Source: Nitrospirales bacterium (GTDB lineage Bacteria; Nitrospirota; Nitrospiria; Nitrospirales; UBA8639). From it: 64,000 nt of DNA. The notes beneath the pieces were generated by a model. That model was not told the DNA's origin. It saw nothing but the letters and a program-made list of their open reading frames with translations, and searched no databases. This document shows positions 30,046 to 39,707 of the stretch, one piece after another (the first letter of the stretch is position 1; each line of letters opens with the position of its first letter). The position numbers and the translations under genes were made by a program. The DNA lies in the NCBI GenBank assembly GCA_965223295.1, contig CBDCWC010000002.1:1600001-1664000 (forward strand). The letters are read 5' to 3'.

Positions 30046-30081
30046 TGAAGGAGGCCAGAGGAAGACTTCTGTCCTCCTTCA
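30046..30081 (+). terminator. Hairpin downstream of the dodecin gene
   Basis: TGAAGGAGG...CCTCCTTCA inverted repeat. Confidence 0.5.
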
Positions 30082-30102
30082 TCAGTTTCTGCTTGAGTCT
30101 CT

Positions 30103-30966
30103 ATGTTCAATGCTCTTTCGCATCCTTATCTCGTGCTGCCTAATCATTCTTTTCGGCATGCACAGGCGTCGACTCAACCTCCTAAGTCTGCTCCCAGCAA
30201 AAAAATCTGCGAAAAACGGCTAGAAAAATATATTGAGCACTGTGACGAACTACAGCGTCGACTCTATGCCCATGATCGCTATTCTCTTTTGCTCATCTTT
30301 CAAGCCATGGATGCCGCTGGAAAAGATGGCACCATTCGAGCGGTCATGCGCGGTATAAATCCAGCAGGCTGCCAAGTTTTTTCGTTCAAACAGCCATCAC
30401 ATCGTGAATTAGATCATGATTTTTTATGGCGCACCACTTCTCGCCTACCAGAACGGGGACGCATCGGCATTTTCAACCGCAGCTATTACGAAGAGGTCTT
30501 AGTTGTCCGCGTTCATCCTGAATATCTCAAGAATCAGAAACTCCCCGCACCTACCAAGTCAGCTATCTGGGAAGAACGGCTCGAATCAATTCAACATCAC
30601 GAGTTGCACCTGGCTCGAAATGGAACCATTGTTCTAAAATTTTGGCTCCATGTCTCCAAAGACGAACAACGACGGCGCCTTCTGGCACGGCTGAACGAAC
30701 CCGAGAAACATTGGAAATTCTCTCAACAGGATTTAGAAGAACGAAAACTCTGGAAACAGTACATGACAGCTTATGAGGCTGCAGTGAACGCCACCTCACA
30801 ACCATGGGCCCCTTGGTATGTGATCCCTGCCGACGATAAGCCCTATATGCGCATGTGCGTAGCCGAAATCATCACGCAGACGTTAGAAAGTCTCAATCTT
30901 CAGTATCCCAAGGTGAGCAAAGTTCAGCGTCAAAAATTTGAAAAGTTTCGCAAACAGCTCAATTGA
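30103..30966 (+). CDS. ppk2: Polyphosphate kinase 2 (class III-like)
   Basis: FQAMDAAGKDGTI, FKQPS, FNRSYYEEVL, KFWLHVSKDEQ, APWYVIPADDK. Confidence 0.92.
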   Translation: MFNALSHPYLVLPNHSFRHAQASTQPPKSAPSKKICEKRLEKYIEHCDELQRRLYAHDRYSLLLIFQAMDAAGKDGTIRAVMRGINPAGCQVFSFKQPSHRELDHDFLWRTTSRLPERGRIGIFNRSYYEEVLVVRVHPEYLKNQKLPAPTKSAIWEERLESIQHHELHLARNGTIVLKFWLHVSKDEQRRRLLARLNEPEKHWKFSQQDLEERKLWKQYMTAYEAAVNATSQPWAPWYVIPADDKPYMRMCVAEIITQTLESLNLQYPKVSKVQRQKFEKFRKQLN

Positions 30967-31073
30967 GCTTCCTCATACGACTGAACCGTCTTCAAAAAGT
31001 TGATTGATCACTAAGTTGTATTAGTAAGTACCGCTCTCAACCAAACTATTTCGCAACAAGGAACAAATCATCA

Positions 31074-32222
31074 ATGATTGAGGGTTTTTGGCAAGAAGTG
31101 CAGCAAGTCTGGCATGAAGGGATTTTGGGGACGAACCTAAGCGACATTATCCTGGCCATTGGAATTTTTCTGCTGTTCTTATTCGCCCGACGACTGTTTT
31201 TTAGAACCACCGTCAAATCAATCAAACTACTTGTTCGAAGAACCCAAACCACTCTCGATGATGAGATTCTTGCTGCAATCGAACAGCCCCTTGAATTTGC
31301 CTTTGTTGTCATAGGCCTCTACGTTGCCGGACAATTCGTATCCCTGTCTGATACCCTCGCCCACATTCTCGCTCAACTCGTCCGTTCCATGATTGCTATC
31401 ACGATTTTTTGGGCCATCTTTCGGGTCATTGATCCGCTCTCCAGTTTGTTTGACCGCGCCGTCGGGCTCTTTGGCAGTGAAAGTATGCACGAAACCATCA
31501 AAGGGTTTTTCGTCAAAGTCGCGAAAGCTATTGTTGTGTGCTTAGGGATTGCAGCCGTTTTTCAGGAATGGGGTTTTAATATTGCAGCCGTGCTGGGCAG
31601 TCTGGGACTAGTCGGGATGGCCGTAGCGCTGGGGGCCCAAGATTTTATCAAAAACATGTTTGCCGGATTGACGATTTTTTTGGATCGGATGTTTGAGAAA
31701 GGCAATTGGATTAAAACACCAGACGTGGAAGGCAACATTGAAGAAATTGGGTTTCGTGCCACAAAAATCCGGCAGTTTGACAAAGCACTCGTCACCATTC
31801 CTAATTCCAAGCTTGCGAGTGAAGCCCTCGTGAATTATTCCCGCATGACGCAACGACGAATCTATTGGAGCATCGGCGTGGAATATCGAAGTTCACATGA
31901 GCAAATACGCTCGATTATCCAAGATATTCGAGACTACCTTTATAGTAATTCCGACTTTGAAACCGATCCTCAAAAGACTAAAACTTTTGTCTTTTTGAAC
32001 GCATTCGGAGGATCCAGCATTGATATCATGTTGTATTGCTTCACCAAGACAACCGTCTGGGGAGAGTGGTTAACGGTTAAAGAAGCCTTGGGCTATAAGA
32101 TCAAGGAAATTGTCGAACAGCATGGCGCTTCGTTCGCATTTCCTTCAACATCAATCTATGTAGAAACTCTGCCTTTTGGCAGACCAGACCCTTTTCCGCT
32201 TCCTTCGTCAGAGGAAAACTAA
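31074..32222 (+). CDS. Small-conductance mechanosensitive channel (MscS family)
   Basis: TM helices; LGLVGMAVALGAQD, IGFRATKIR, VTIPNS, FAFPS. Confidence 0.9.
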   Translation: MIEGFWQEVQQVWHEGILGTNLSDIILAIGIFLLFLFARRLFFRTTVKSIKLLVRRTQTTLDDEILAAIEQPLEFAFVVIGLYVAGQFVSLSDTLAHILAQLVRSMIAITIFWAIFRVIDPLSSLFDRAVGLFGSESMHETIKGFFVKVAKAIVVCLGIAAVFQEWGFNIAAVLGSLGLVGMAVALGAQDFIKNMFAGLTIFLDRMFEKGNWIKTPDVEGNIEEIGFRATKIRQFDKALVTIPNSKLASEALVNYSRMTQRRIYWSIGVEYRSSHEQIRSIIQDIRDYLYSNSDFETDPQKTKTFVFLNAFGGSSIDIMLYCFTKTTVWGEWLTVKEALGYKIKEIVEQHGASFAFPSTSIYVETLPFGRPDPFPLPSSEEN

Positions 32223-32241
32223 GCAACGGCGATCTACTCTT

Positions 32242-33054
32242 TTAACACATTCTGATGCAATCCTCTCGAGCCGCTGCCTGGACAACATGCGTACGACTCT
32301 CCAAAAGCTGCTGAGTTAGATCGTTTCGTAATTGTGCAATTTCCTCATTCAAATCCTCTAAAACCGTTGACCTGGAAATGTAATAAGGCGCTCGTTTGCC
32401 CCTAAAATCAATGACCGGGCCAATTTGAGTAAACCGTATTCCATGCCATCGTAACTTCCGCGCGAGACGAGGCTCCATCATCGCCACGCCATAATCCAAT
32501 GAAGAAAGGACAAGCATCGAAAGACTACAAACAAAAAGTCCCAGGGGAATCAAGGGATACGAGCTTCTCTGCTCATGGTCGTCAGCCTCTACCTCACTAT
32601 CCGGCAAACTGATGGGGCGCCGCTCATCATTCTTCCGACGTCTGAATTTTGCAAGAACAGCGAGCCGGGAAAATTCCCCTATAACAGTTTTCGGAACTTT
32701 TTTGAGATCAAACTGTTGTGCATCAAGTCCTTCCGAACAATGTTGCTCAAATGGAAAGCAACCAGAGGGAGGACATCCTCGAGATCCAATGAGACGACTA
32801 CAACCAATTGCTTCTCCAGTTGGAAGATGAATTAACAGAGCCTGGTCAGCAATAGCATCCATCTCATCTCGTTCGCATTGATCTTTATATTCGGTAGAGT
32901 TTTCAAAGCCAAACTCTTCACAATACACTTGGTACCGTATACGATAGGCCAATGTCTGTAATTCAGGCGAATCGGCATATGCCACCCTGAAATACTGCAG
33001 GAATGTTTCACTCAGTGTTTTTTGGCTCATAATAGGGAAAAACAATCGGTTCAT
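32242..33054 (-). CDS. PEP-CTERM/exosortase-associated GNAT acyltransferase (FeeM-like N-acyl amino acid synthase)
   Basis: AYRIRYQVYCEE, ERDEMD, EFSRLAV..FRRR, AMMEPRLAR, IGPVIDFRGKRAPY. Confidence 0.8.
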   Translation of the reverse strand: MNRLFFPIMSQKTLSETFLQYFRVAYADSPELQTLAYRIRYQVYCEEFGFENSTEYKDQCERDEMDAIADQALLIHLPTGEAIGCSRLIGSRGCPPSGCFPFEQHCSEGLDAQQFDLKKVPKTVIGEFSRLAVLAKFRRRKNDERRPISLPDSEVEADDHEQRSSYPLIPLGLFVCSLSMLVLSSLDYGVAMMEPRLARKLRWHGIRFTQIGPVIDFRGKRAPYYISRSTVLEDLNEEIAQLRNDLTQQLLESRTHVVQAAAREDCIRMC

Positions 33055-33336
33055 TTTCCATTCTCTTGAGACAAGTCTCACTGACCAACTCCAAAGCCAC
33101 TAAACATAGCCTATGGTTTTTAGAAACTGCTCGCTATTGCTGGGTTTTCTATCACTTTTCGCCATTCTTTCTTGATAATTTTCTCATAGCTCAAGCTTTG
33201 CAGTGTTCGACCGATAACTCTTTCGTGCGAGATTCCTTTCTTAGTGACAAGTCGAAATCTTCCACACAATCTGTCTCGGTTCGCGGAATACAACTTGAGT
33301 AACGCGACTTTTACTACACGATCATTCACTCCAGAC

Positions 33337-34146
33337 ATGCTGATCACTCCTTCAATACCTGCTCAGCCAGAATTTGGATACGTCAATCCTGAATACCTGC
33401 AGATTGCCTCAAATCTTTTCGCTCCAGTGAAACAGCGAAGTTATGAGCGCCTTCGGGCCAAGCCAGGCTTAAACTTTCTAGATGTGGGATGTGGGGCCGG
33501 CATTGATACATGTGCATTAGCAAGATACGTTCAATCAAATGGAACGATAGCTGGAGTCGATGCTGACCTGGAAATGGTGCAACAGGCAAATACTCGAATC
33601 AAACAACGAGGTCGGCACTCCTCTCCCTTTCACATTCACGCTCGGGGCTCGGCTCTCCCTTTTTCTAATGGAGCGTTCGATGGCACACGGAGCGAACGAC
33701 TCTTTATGCATCTCTCCGATGGCCTCTCTGTCTTGTCAGAAATGAGCCGTGTGACAAAACCTCAGGGATGGATAGTTGTTGCAGAAACCGACTGGAATAG
33801 CCTCTCCATGGCCACATCCGAACCGACAATATTCCACATGCTGTCTCAGCTGCGGGTGCAAGGTTTTCTGACAAATGGATATTCAGCGCAACAGCTATAC
33901 GGCCAATTTTCAATCATGAAGCTGCAATCTATTCTCATAGACATTATTCCTATTTTCACGACCGACATTGGGCTTTTTCGGTTCTTAACAAAAATGGACG
34001 AGCTGGAAGAATTGGCGATACAACAACACGTCTTGACAGCGGAGGAAGCGGCCGTTTGGGATGCAGATCAAAATGTATTCAAACAAGGACAACCATTTTG
34101 GGGAAGCGTGAATGTCCTACTCATATCTGGGCAAGCTCCATCATAA
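33337..34146 (+). CDS. Class I SAM-dependent methyltransferase
   Basis: LDVGCGAG, LPFSNGAFD, RVTKPQGWIVVAETDW. Confidence 0.88.
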   Translation: MLITPSIPAQPEFGYVNPEYLQIASNLFAPVKQRSYERLRAKPGLNFLDVGCGAGIDTCALARYVQSNGTIAGVDADLEMVQQANTRIKQRGRHSSPFHIHARGSALPFSNGAFDGTRSERLFMHLSDGLSVLSEMSRVTKPQGWIVVAETDWNSLSMATSEPTIFHMLSQLRVQGFLTNGYSAQQLYGQFSIMKLQSILIDIIPIFTTDIGLFRFLTKMDELEELAIQQHVLTAEEAAVWDADQNVFKQGQPFWGSVNVLLISGQAPS

Positions 34147-34305
34147 CTAAGAATCCGTGTCATTCCATCTTAATACGGTTCTCCATTCCGCCATACCCAT
34201 TTCTTGACTCCCAGAATTTTAAAACCTGAAGACTTCAGGAGCGATATTCGCCTTATCAACTATTTCTACCTCTAGGAGACAAGAGAGATATACGATAGGG
34301 GCAAT

Positions 34306-36300
34306 CTAAAACGTCCAAGTGATGCGGCCCACAAAACTCCGTTGCATGCCAGTTCGCTGTGTTCCAAGTATAGTATCTGAAAACTCATCGTGGTGAGAAT
34401 GAAGCAAATTTTGTCCAATGAGGGAAATGTCTAAATTAGGCATTGGTTTCCACCCCAACCGAAGATCAAGTTCAACATAATCATCCACATTCAATGAGGG
34501 CAGTTCGTCGGTATAGCGAAGCCAGGAATCAAACTCGATATGATAGGGCAAAGATATTTGCGACCGTATTGACGCATGGTGGATGGGGCTTGCTTCTTCT
34601 GAGAATTGTGCTGCATCTTCATTTTTAATGTCCATTTTTAAATACGTATAAGCTCCTTGGACTTTCCACCATTCCCATAGTTGAACAATCGTACTCACTT
34701 CCACGCCATAGTTTTTCGCTTCGTGGTTATTGGTTCGAATGAGGGTGGGCAACGTCGTGGCTGGCGGGACAGACTGTAGTTGATTGCCGACAAGCCGGTC
34801 ATAGTCCATGAAAAATCCCGTCACATCGAAAGAAAGCTGTTTCAATGGCTGAGATCGAACACCCAGTTCGAAGGCATGGAGCACTTCCGGTTTGGCCTGC
34901 TGATTATCTTCTACAGCCACAGGGCCTAACGCCGTCGACAAGGTAATGACTCCATCATCAAGCAAACGTGGCGGAAGCACCACAGCCCGGGATGCTGCTC
35001 CCCAGAAAGAGAGATCCGAACGTGGCTTCCAGAGAAACCGGCCGCTTGGTTGATATTCAAAACCTGTAAAATCATTATGGGAAAGCTTGGTTCCCACCGT
35101 CACCACCAGCTCCTCAGGAATCAGACGTATTTCGTCTTGAATAAATCCGCTTACTAAGTTAAAGGAACGAGATTCCTCAGAGGGTTGAATCGTCAAACTT
35201 CCCTCAAAATTATCAAGCCAATAGCGATACTCTCCACCCCAGGTGATTTCCTGCCCCAACACAAAAGGAAAGCGATGCTGAAAATCAATGTCAAAGGTAT
35301 CTAACGTGTAATCTTGAATGGTTTCATCTCGCTCGACTCGATCATAGAAAAATTTCAAGGAAAAATCAGAATCGGCGCTAATTTCATGAGTCCATCGTGC
35401 GAGAACATGAGCCCCCTTTAGATCAACATCTTCTGAAAAGGTATCGGAAAAAGGTGGGGTTAATGTGGCGACCGTTAGCTCTTGTCCAGCAGCTCCTTTA
35501 TATAAGCCCCCTTCAACCATCACGGAATTGTGATCATCGGCCTTCCAATCCACGCGAAAACCGCCCCGTCCCATCCGCCAATCATCAGAACTGCCATTTT
35601 TGTTAAACTGCGTATCGCGATTAAAATACTTCCCAAAAATTCGATAGCTTAACGTTTTGCCAACTGTTCCTCCATACCGAAGTTCTCCAATTCCTTCTTC
35701 CGTGCCTCCCCATCCCACAACTAAACCCTGTTGGGTCTCAAATGCCGATTTCGTAATGATATTAATGACACCATTGACTGCATTGACACCCCAAAGCGTT
35801 CCTCCTGGCCCACGAATGACTTCAATCCGGTCGATGTCGGACAGCACCGTATCCACCGTTTCCCAATTCACCCCGGCAAATAGCGGATTGTAAATATTCC
35901 GTCCATCAATGAGGACTAACAATTTATTCGTAAAACGATCATTAAAACCTCGAGAGGTGATCGCCCATTTATTTCCATCAATTCTCGCTACTTCAAGTCC
36001 AGGAACCATTCGCAATGCTTCCGGAATCGAAGACACACCAGAGCGGCGAATATCTTCCTGGGTCACGACAAAAATGGCCGCCGCCGATTCTGAAAGTTTT
36101 TGCTTTTTTTTGGCCACAGACGTGACTTCAATGTTCATCAACTCTTCAAGACTTAATTGCGTTAAATCTTCGCCAGGGCTCAGACGTGCGGCAAGAACGA
36201 GCGAGGACCACAGGCAATCCCCAACGAGAAAGAGCCAGAACACAAAGCTAAGCCAGGTTAGCGTCTTCCGCCTCATATTCATCCTTCTATTTTCCAACAT
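34306..36300 (-). CDS. TonB-dependent receptor
   Basis: LSLEELMNIEVTSV, IDRIEVIRGPGGTLWGVNAVNGVINIITK, C-terminal WTF. Confidence 0.93.
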   Translation of the reverse strand: MLENRRMNMRRKTLTWLSFVFWLFLVGDCLWSSLVLAARLSPGEDLTQLSLEELMNIEVTSVAKKKQKLSESAAAIFVVTQEDIRRSGVSSIPEALRMVPGLEVARIDGNKWAITSRGFNDRFTNKLLVLIDGRNIYNPLFAGVNWETVDTVLSDIDRIEVIRGPGGTLWGVNAVNGVINIITKSAFETQQGLVVGWGGTEEGIGELRYGGTVGKTLSYRIFGKYFNRDTQFNKNGSSDDWRMGRGGFRVDWKADDHNSVMVEGGLYKGAAGQELTVATLTPPFSDTFSEDVDLKGAHVLARWTHEISADSDFSLKFFYDRVERDETIQDYTLDTFDIDFQHRFPFVLGQEITWGGEYRYWLDNFEGSLTIQPSEESRSFNLVSGFIQDEIRLIPEELVVTVGTKLSHNDFTGFEYQPSGRFLWKPRSDLSFWGAASRAVVLPPRLLDDGVITLSTALGPVAVEDNQQAKPEVLHAFELGVRSQPLKQLSFDVTGFFMDYDRLVGNQLQSVPPATTLPTLIRTNNHEAKNYGVEVSTIVQLWEWWKVQGAYTYLKMDIKNEDAAQFSEEASPIHHASIRSQISLPYHIEFDSWLRYTDELPSLNVDDYVELDLRLGWKPMPNLDISLIGQNLLHSHHDEFSDTILGTQRTGMQRSFVGRITWTF

Positions 36301-36608
36301 CGCAACAGCAAGGTTTCAGACCCATCTTCATTGAGGATGACAAGACTTTTGCAGATGGGCTTGGTCGAGCACTTCAACGATGGAGACATCACTCGTTCCA
36401 GCCCTTCATGGATTTCTTATTCCTTTAGTTATGCACCCCCTTACATTGCATCGGTTTGCTAACCGTTAAAATTAAACTTCCCTGTCCTGGGCTTGCGTTT
36501 TCAAGAATAAGGAAGCCGTACCTTTTTTAGAATTACTCTTTGACGCTACAATTTTATGAAATGATCATTTTCCAGATAGGCAAATGTTTCCTATTTCTTT
36601 TCTACCTA

Positions 36609-36891
36609 GAGCCTGTTGAATAATAATGATATCAACGGCCACATGTAGTCTTTGCGACTCAACATGTCAGAGGCCTCGGGTCTGTTCAAAAAAGTCGGTT
36701 CAGCAAGGCTACAGCCATTTTTTCGCGCGGAGCGTACTGGCACGATGTGAACGCGGAAGAATAGCGGCCTGCTTGCGCGGTGAGGCGCTACGGCGCGTAA
36801 ACGCGAAACCGCGTTCAGCCTTCGTAGCCACTGCGGCGAAGGAGCCCGGCGAAGGCAAGGAACGCTACTGGCAGCTTTTTTCAACAGACCC
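36609..36891 (+). mobile_element. MITE-like element, copy 7, with multiply nested hairpin inserts
   Basis: Ends GAGCCTGTTGAATAA / TTTTTTCAACAGACCC; ~90-bp insert at 36768-36860. Confidence 0.82.
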
Positions 36892-37067
36892 GTGTTAGCA
36901 CGTTCTCATGAAGAACATTCTGTTATACGCCAAACGAGGCGTGTCATTGTGGACCTAACTTCCAGTAAAAGGGAGTCACAGGACAACCCATCAAGCAGGT
37001 GACACCATTTTTCACTTGGTTATCTAAAAATGTGAATTGAGTAAGGAAGAGGATGGGAGACGGTTCG

Positions 37068-37643
37068 TTAGGGAGACACCTGCTGGAGCTGCTGAATAAT
37101 GTAACTTCGCTTGGCAAACGATAGGCCATCAAGACGTTTTTGAAACTGACTTTGCTGCTGTGAAGGCGCGACTCTGTCCAATCCTAACTGACGTTCCATG
37201 GCCATTCGTTTTTCTATCGGCAAGGATTGCAGACGGCTCCACAACGTATCAACATCTTGATATTGGGCACGCTTTCTCCTTTTACTCATCAATGACTCAC
37301 GAGGTTTTTTCATTTTATTTATTTGATCTTCATACTGAGAATTCAGTTGTTGCTGTTGATCCAGAAATTTCTTTCTGGCTGTTTCCAGCTTTTCTAGAAC
37401 CTTTTCCTGTTCTTCCGGAGTCATGGTTTTCCATCGAGGAGATTGGCGTAATCGCTCTTCATAACCAGAAAATGGAACGATGTTTCGGCTTGCACGAGAT
37501 TCATTGGCCTTCTTGGATTCCGAGGGTGAGGTCGTCGGCTTGGGTTGCGCTGCTGACTCGTTTCGCAGACCGGAATATCCCAAGAAAGTCCCATAGATCA
37601 AAAAGAAGACCAGCGTTACTTTCCACCAATGAAAACCGCTCAT
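37068..37643 (-). CDS. Hypothetical exported helical protein
   Basis: N-terminal hydrophobic segment followed by K/Q/R-rich helical sequence (WKTMTPEEQ, LQSLPIEKR). Confidence 0.65.
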   Translation of the reverse strand: MSGFHWWKVTLVFFLIYGTFLGYSGLRNESAAQPKPTTSPSESKKANESRASRNIVPFSGYEERLRQSPRWKTMTPEEQEKVLEKLETARKKFLDQQQQLNSQYEDQINKMKKPRESLMSKRRKRAQYQDVDTLWSRLQSLPIEKRMAMERQLGLDRVAPSQQQSQFQKRLDGLSFAKRSYIIQQLQQVSP

Positions 37644-37993
37644 TGCTCACCCCTTTGATTCAAAAAATATAACAACCCGAATTTCGTCCTTCCACACTGT
37701 CCCCACAGCACGGCTGTCATCAACAGCATATCCTCCAGCAAGTTCCATCTTGAAAAATTTAGAGCCTCAATTCTATGAACAGAAATAAAAATCTTTAATT
37801 CTGCGCTTAATGTTCAATAATAGCAACCCCCTCACAACATGACCTCTTTCTGTTATTTTCGCAATCCGGTAGACTTTACCGAAAGCTTCACGCACATACA
37901 AACGTCTGCATATTTATGTGTACATGGAGCCGGAATTATTCATTCGGTCTCGTTCCCAACATTTCGTTGGGTAACACACGAAGGAGGTGCCTT

Positions 37994-38425
37994 ATGTCTG
38001 AAGCCACTGCAGGCATGTTCAGCGGACACAAAACAAATGGCCGCGTCTTGATTGTCGACGATGAACCCGATGTCCGCAAAGTTGTTCGCATGACATTATC
38101 GAAGGCTGGCTACGATGTGATCGAAGCCGAAGATGGGGAAAAGGCCATGGCCGCAATCAAGGAAGGGGAAAACCCTTTGCTGTTGGATGTTATCATTTCA
38201 GATATTCGAATGCCAAAGGTCAATGGAGTCGAGGCGATTAACTACTTTCAGCAACAATGGCCTAACGTTCCTTTAATTGTCCTGACCGGCTTTCCAGATA
38301 TGGAAATGGCAACAGGATTTCTCAAGAAAGGTGTCGTGGACTATTTGGTGAAACCTGTTGAAAAAGAAAAGCTGACAGCAGCCGTGGAGAAAGCTATAGC
38401 ACAACGAGAAATTCACCATCTCTAA
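37994..38425 (+). CDS. Single-domain response regulator (CheY-like receiver)
   Basis: LIVDDE, ISDIRMP, LTG, YLVKP; SD AAGGAGG before ATG 37994. Confidence 0.92.
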   Translation: MSEATAGMFSGHKTNGRVLIVDDEPDVRKVVRMTLSKAGYDVIEAEDGEKAMAAIKEGENPLLLDVIISDIRMPKVNGVEAINYFQQQWPNVPLIVLTGFPDMEMATGFLKKGVVDYLVKPVEKEKLTAAVEKAIAQREIHHL

Positions 38426-38505
38426 AACATGGCTTTGCCATTCTTAAATTCTGATTTCCCATGGCTTCGAAGGAACGACATCTCATGGGAAGATCTCTCC
38501 GGATT

Positions 38506-38539
38506 CATAAAGCCCTATCATTATTGGTAGGGCTTTATG
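38506..38539 (+). terminator. Hairpin terminator after the response regulator gene
   Basis: CATAAAGCCCTA...TAGGGCTTTATG inverted repeat. Confidence 0.65.
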
Positions 38540-38619
38540 CGTTACGACCTTTCAAATATGGGGATACAATCTTCAACGAAACAATCACGCCTGCGGTAAT
38601 ACTTTAACCTAGGAAACCC

Positions 38620-39696
38620 ATGAAATATTCTCAAGGAGAACATCCTACGGTGCCAGACATTCCAACGGAAAAAGAATCGTGCATCAATGTCGTCATTCTA
38701 GGAGCAGGAAAAGGAGGAACGGCATTATTAGAATCGTTTCTGAATTTACCTCGCATACATCTTGTTGGTATCGCAGACAAAGAGATTGATGCACCGGGCC
38801 TGAACCTTGCTCGCCGCCATCACATTCCCGCGGCACAAGATCCACTTTATCTGATTCAACAACCCAACATTCATTTAATCATAGATGTCACTGGCGATCC
38901 ATCCTTCACAGAAACTGTTCATCACCACAAGCATGCCGACGCAGAAGTATTGGGCGGCGCTGCATCCAAAGTGCTCTGGGACATTATCCAACACGAATCT
39001 CTCATGCAAGCTCAATTGTTCCAGGCTGAAAAGTTGGCAGGAATGGGGACTTTTGCATCCGGCATAGCCCATGATATCAACAACCCATTGTATGTCATTC
39101 TTGCCATGGCTGAAGCTATTCAGGACGAAACAGCCATGTCGGCCATCCAGGAATACGCTACCAGCATCCAAGAAGCTGCGAAACGGATTCAAGCCATTGC
39201 CAAAGATATTACGCAATATGCCCGTGCGTCAAAGTCTCAGGGGACCATTCCGGTCAATATTCAGGAAACCCTGGATGAAGCCCTGAAAATTGCCAAGTTT
39301 GCAACCAAACTTCATGAAATTACTGTGGTCAAAAACTATCAAGATCAGATCATCATCGATGCGAAACCCGAAGAACTCCTCCAGGTCTTCGTAAATCTCA
39401 TGACCAATGCCATTCATGCCATGGATGGCCAAGGCCTTCTAACACTCACAGCAGAACAACGCCAGGACGCTATTCGCATTTCTATTTCAGATACAGGAAG
39501 CGGAATTCCAAAGGAATATCTCTCAAAAATCTTTGATCCTTTCTTTACAACCAAGGCTGCCGGAAAAGGCACAGGATTGGGCCTTTATAATGTCCGCACG
39601 ATTGCCAACAAATATGAAGGCGAATTGACGATCGACACGGAAATGGGAAAAGGCACGACCATTGCTCTCGTCTTTCCGCAACCCACAACCGTGTAA
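38620..39696 (+). CDS. Cytoplasmic histidine kinase with N-terminal Rossmann-like domain
   Basis: [10 protein letters not shown]...IIDVTG N-domain; H-box [34 protein letters not shown]. Confidence 0.88.
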   Translation: MKYSQGEHPTVPDIPTEKESCINVVILGAGKGGTALLESFLNLPRIHLVGIADKEIDAPGLNLARRHHIPAAQDPLYLIQQPNIHLIIDVTGDPSFTETVHHHKHADAEVLGGAASKVLWDIIQHESLMQAQLFQAEKLAGMGTFASGIAHDINNPLYVILAMAEAIQDETAMSAIQEYATSIQEAAKRIQAIAKDITQYARASKSQGTIPVNIQETLDEALKIAKFATKLHEITVVKNYQDQIIIDAKPEELLQVFVNLMTNAIHAMDGQGLLTLTAEQRQDAIRISISDTGSGIPKEYLSKIFDPFFTTKAAGKGTGLGLYNVRTIANKYEGELTIDTEMGKGTTIALVFPQPTTV

Positions 39697-39707
39697 ACCA
39701 TCTTGCC

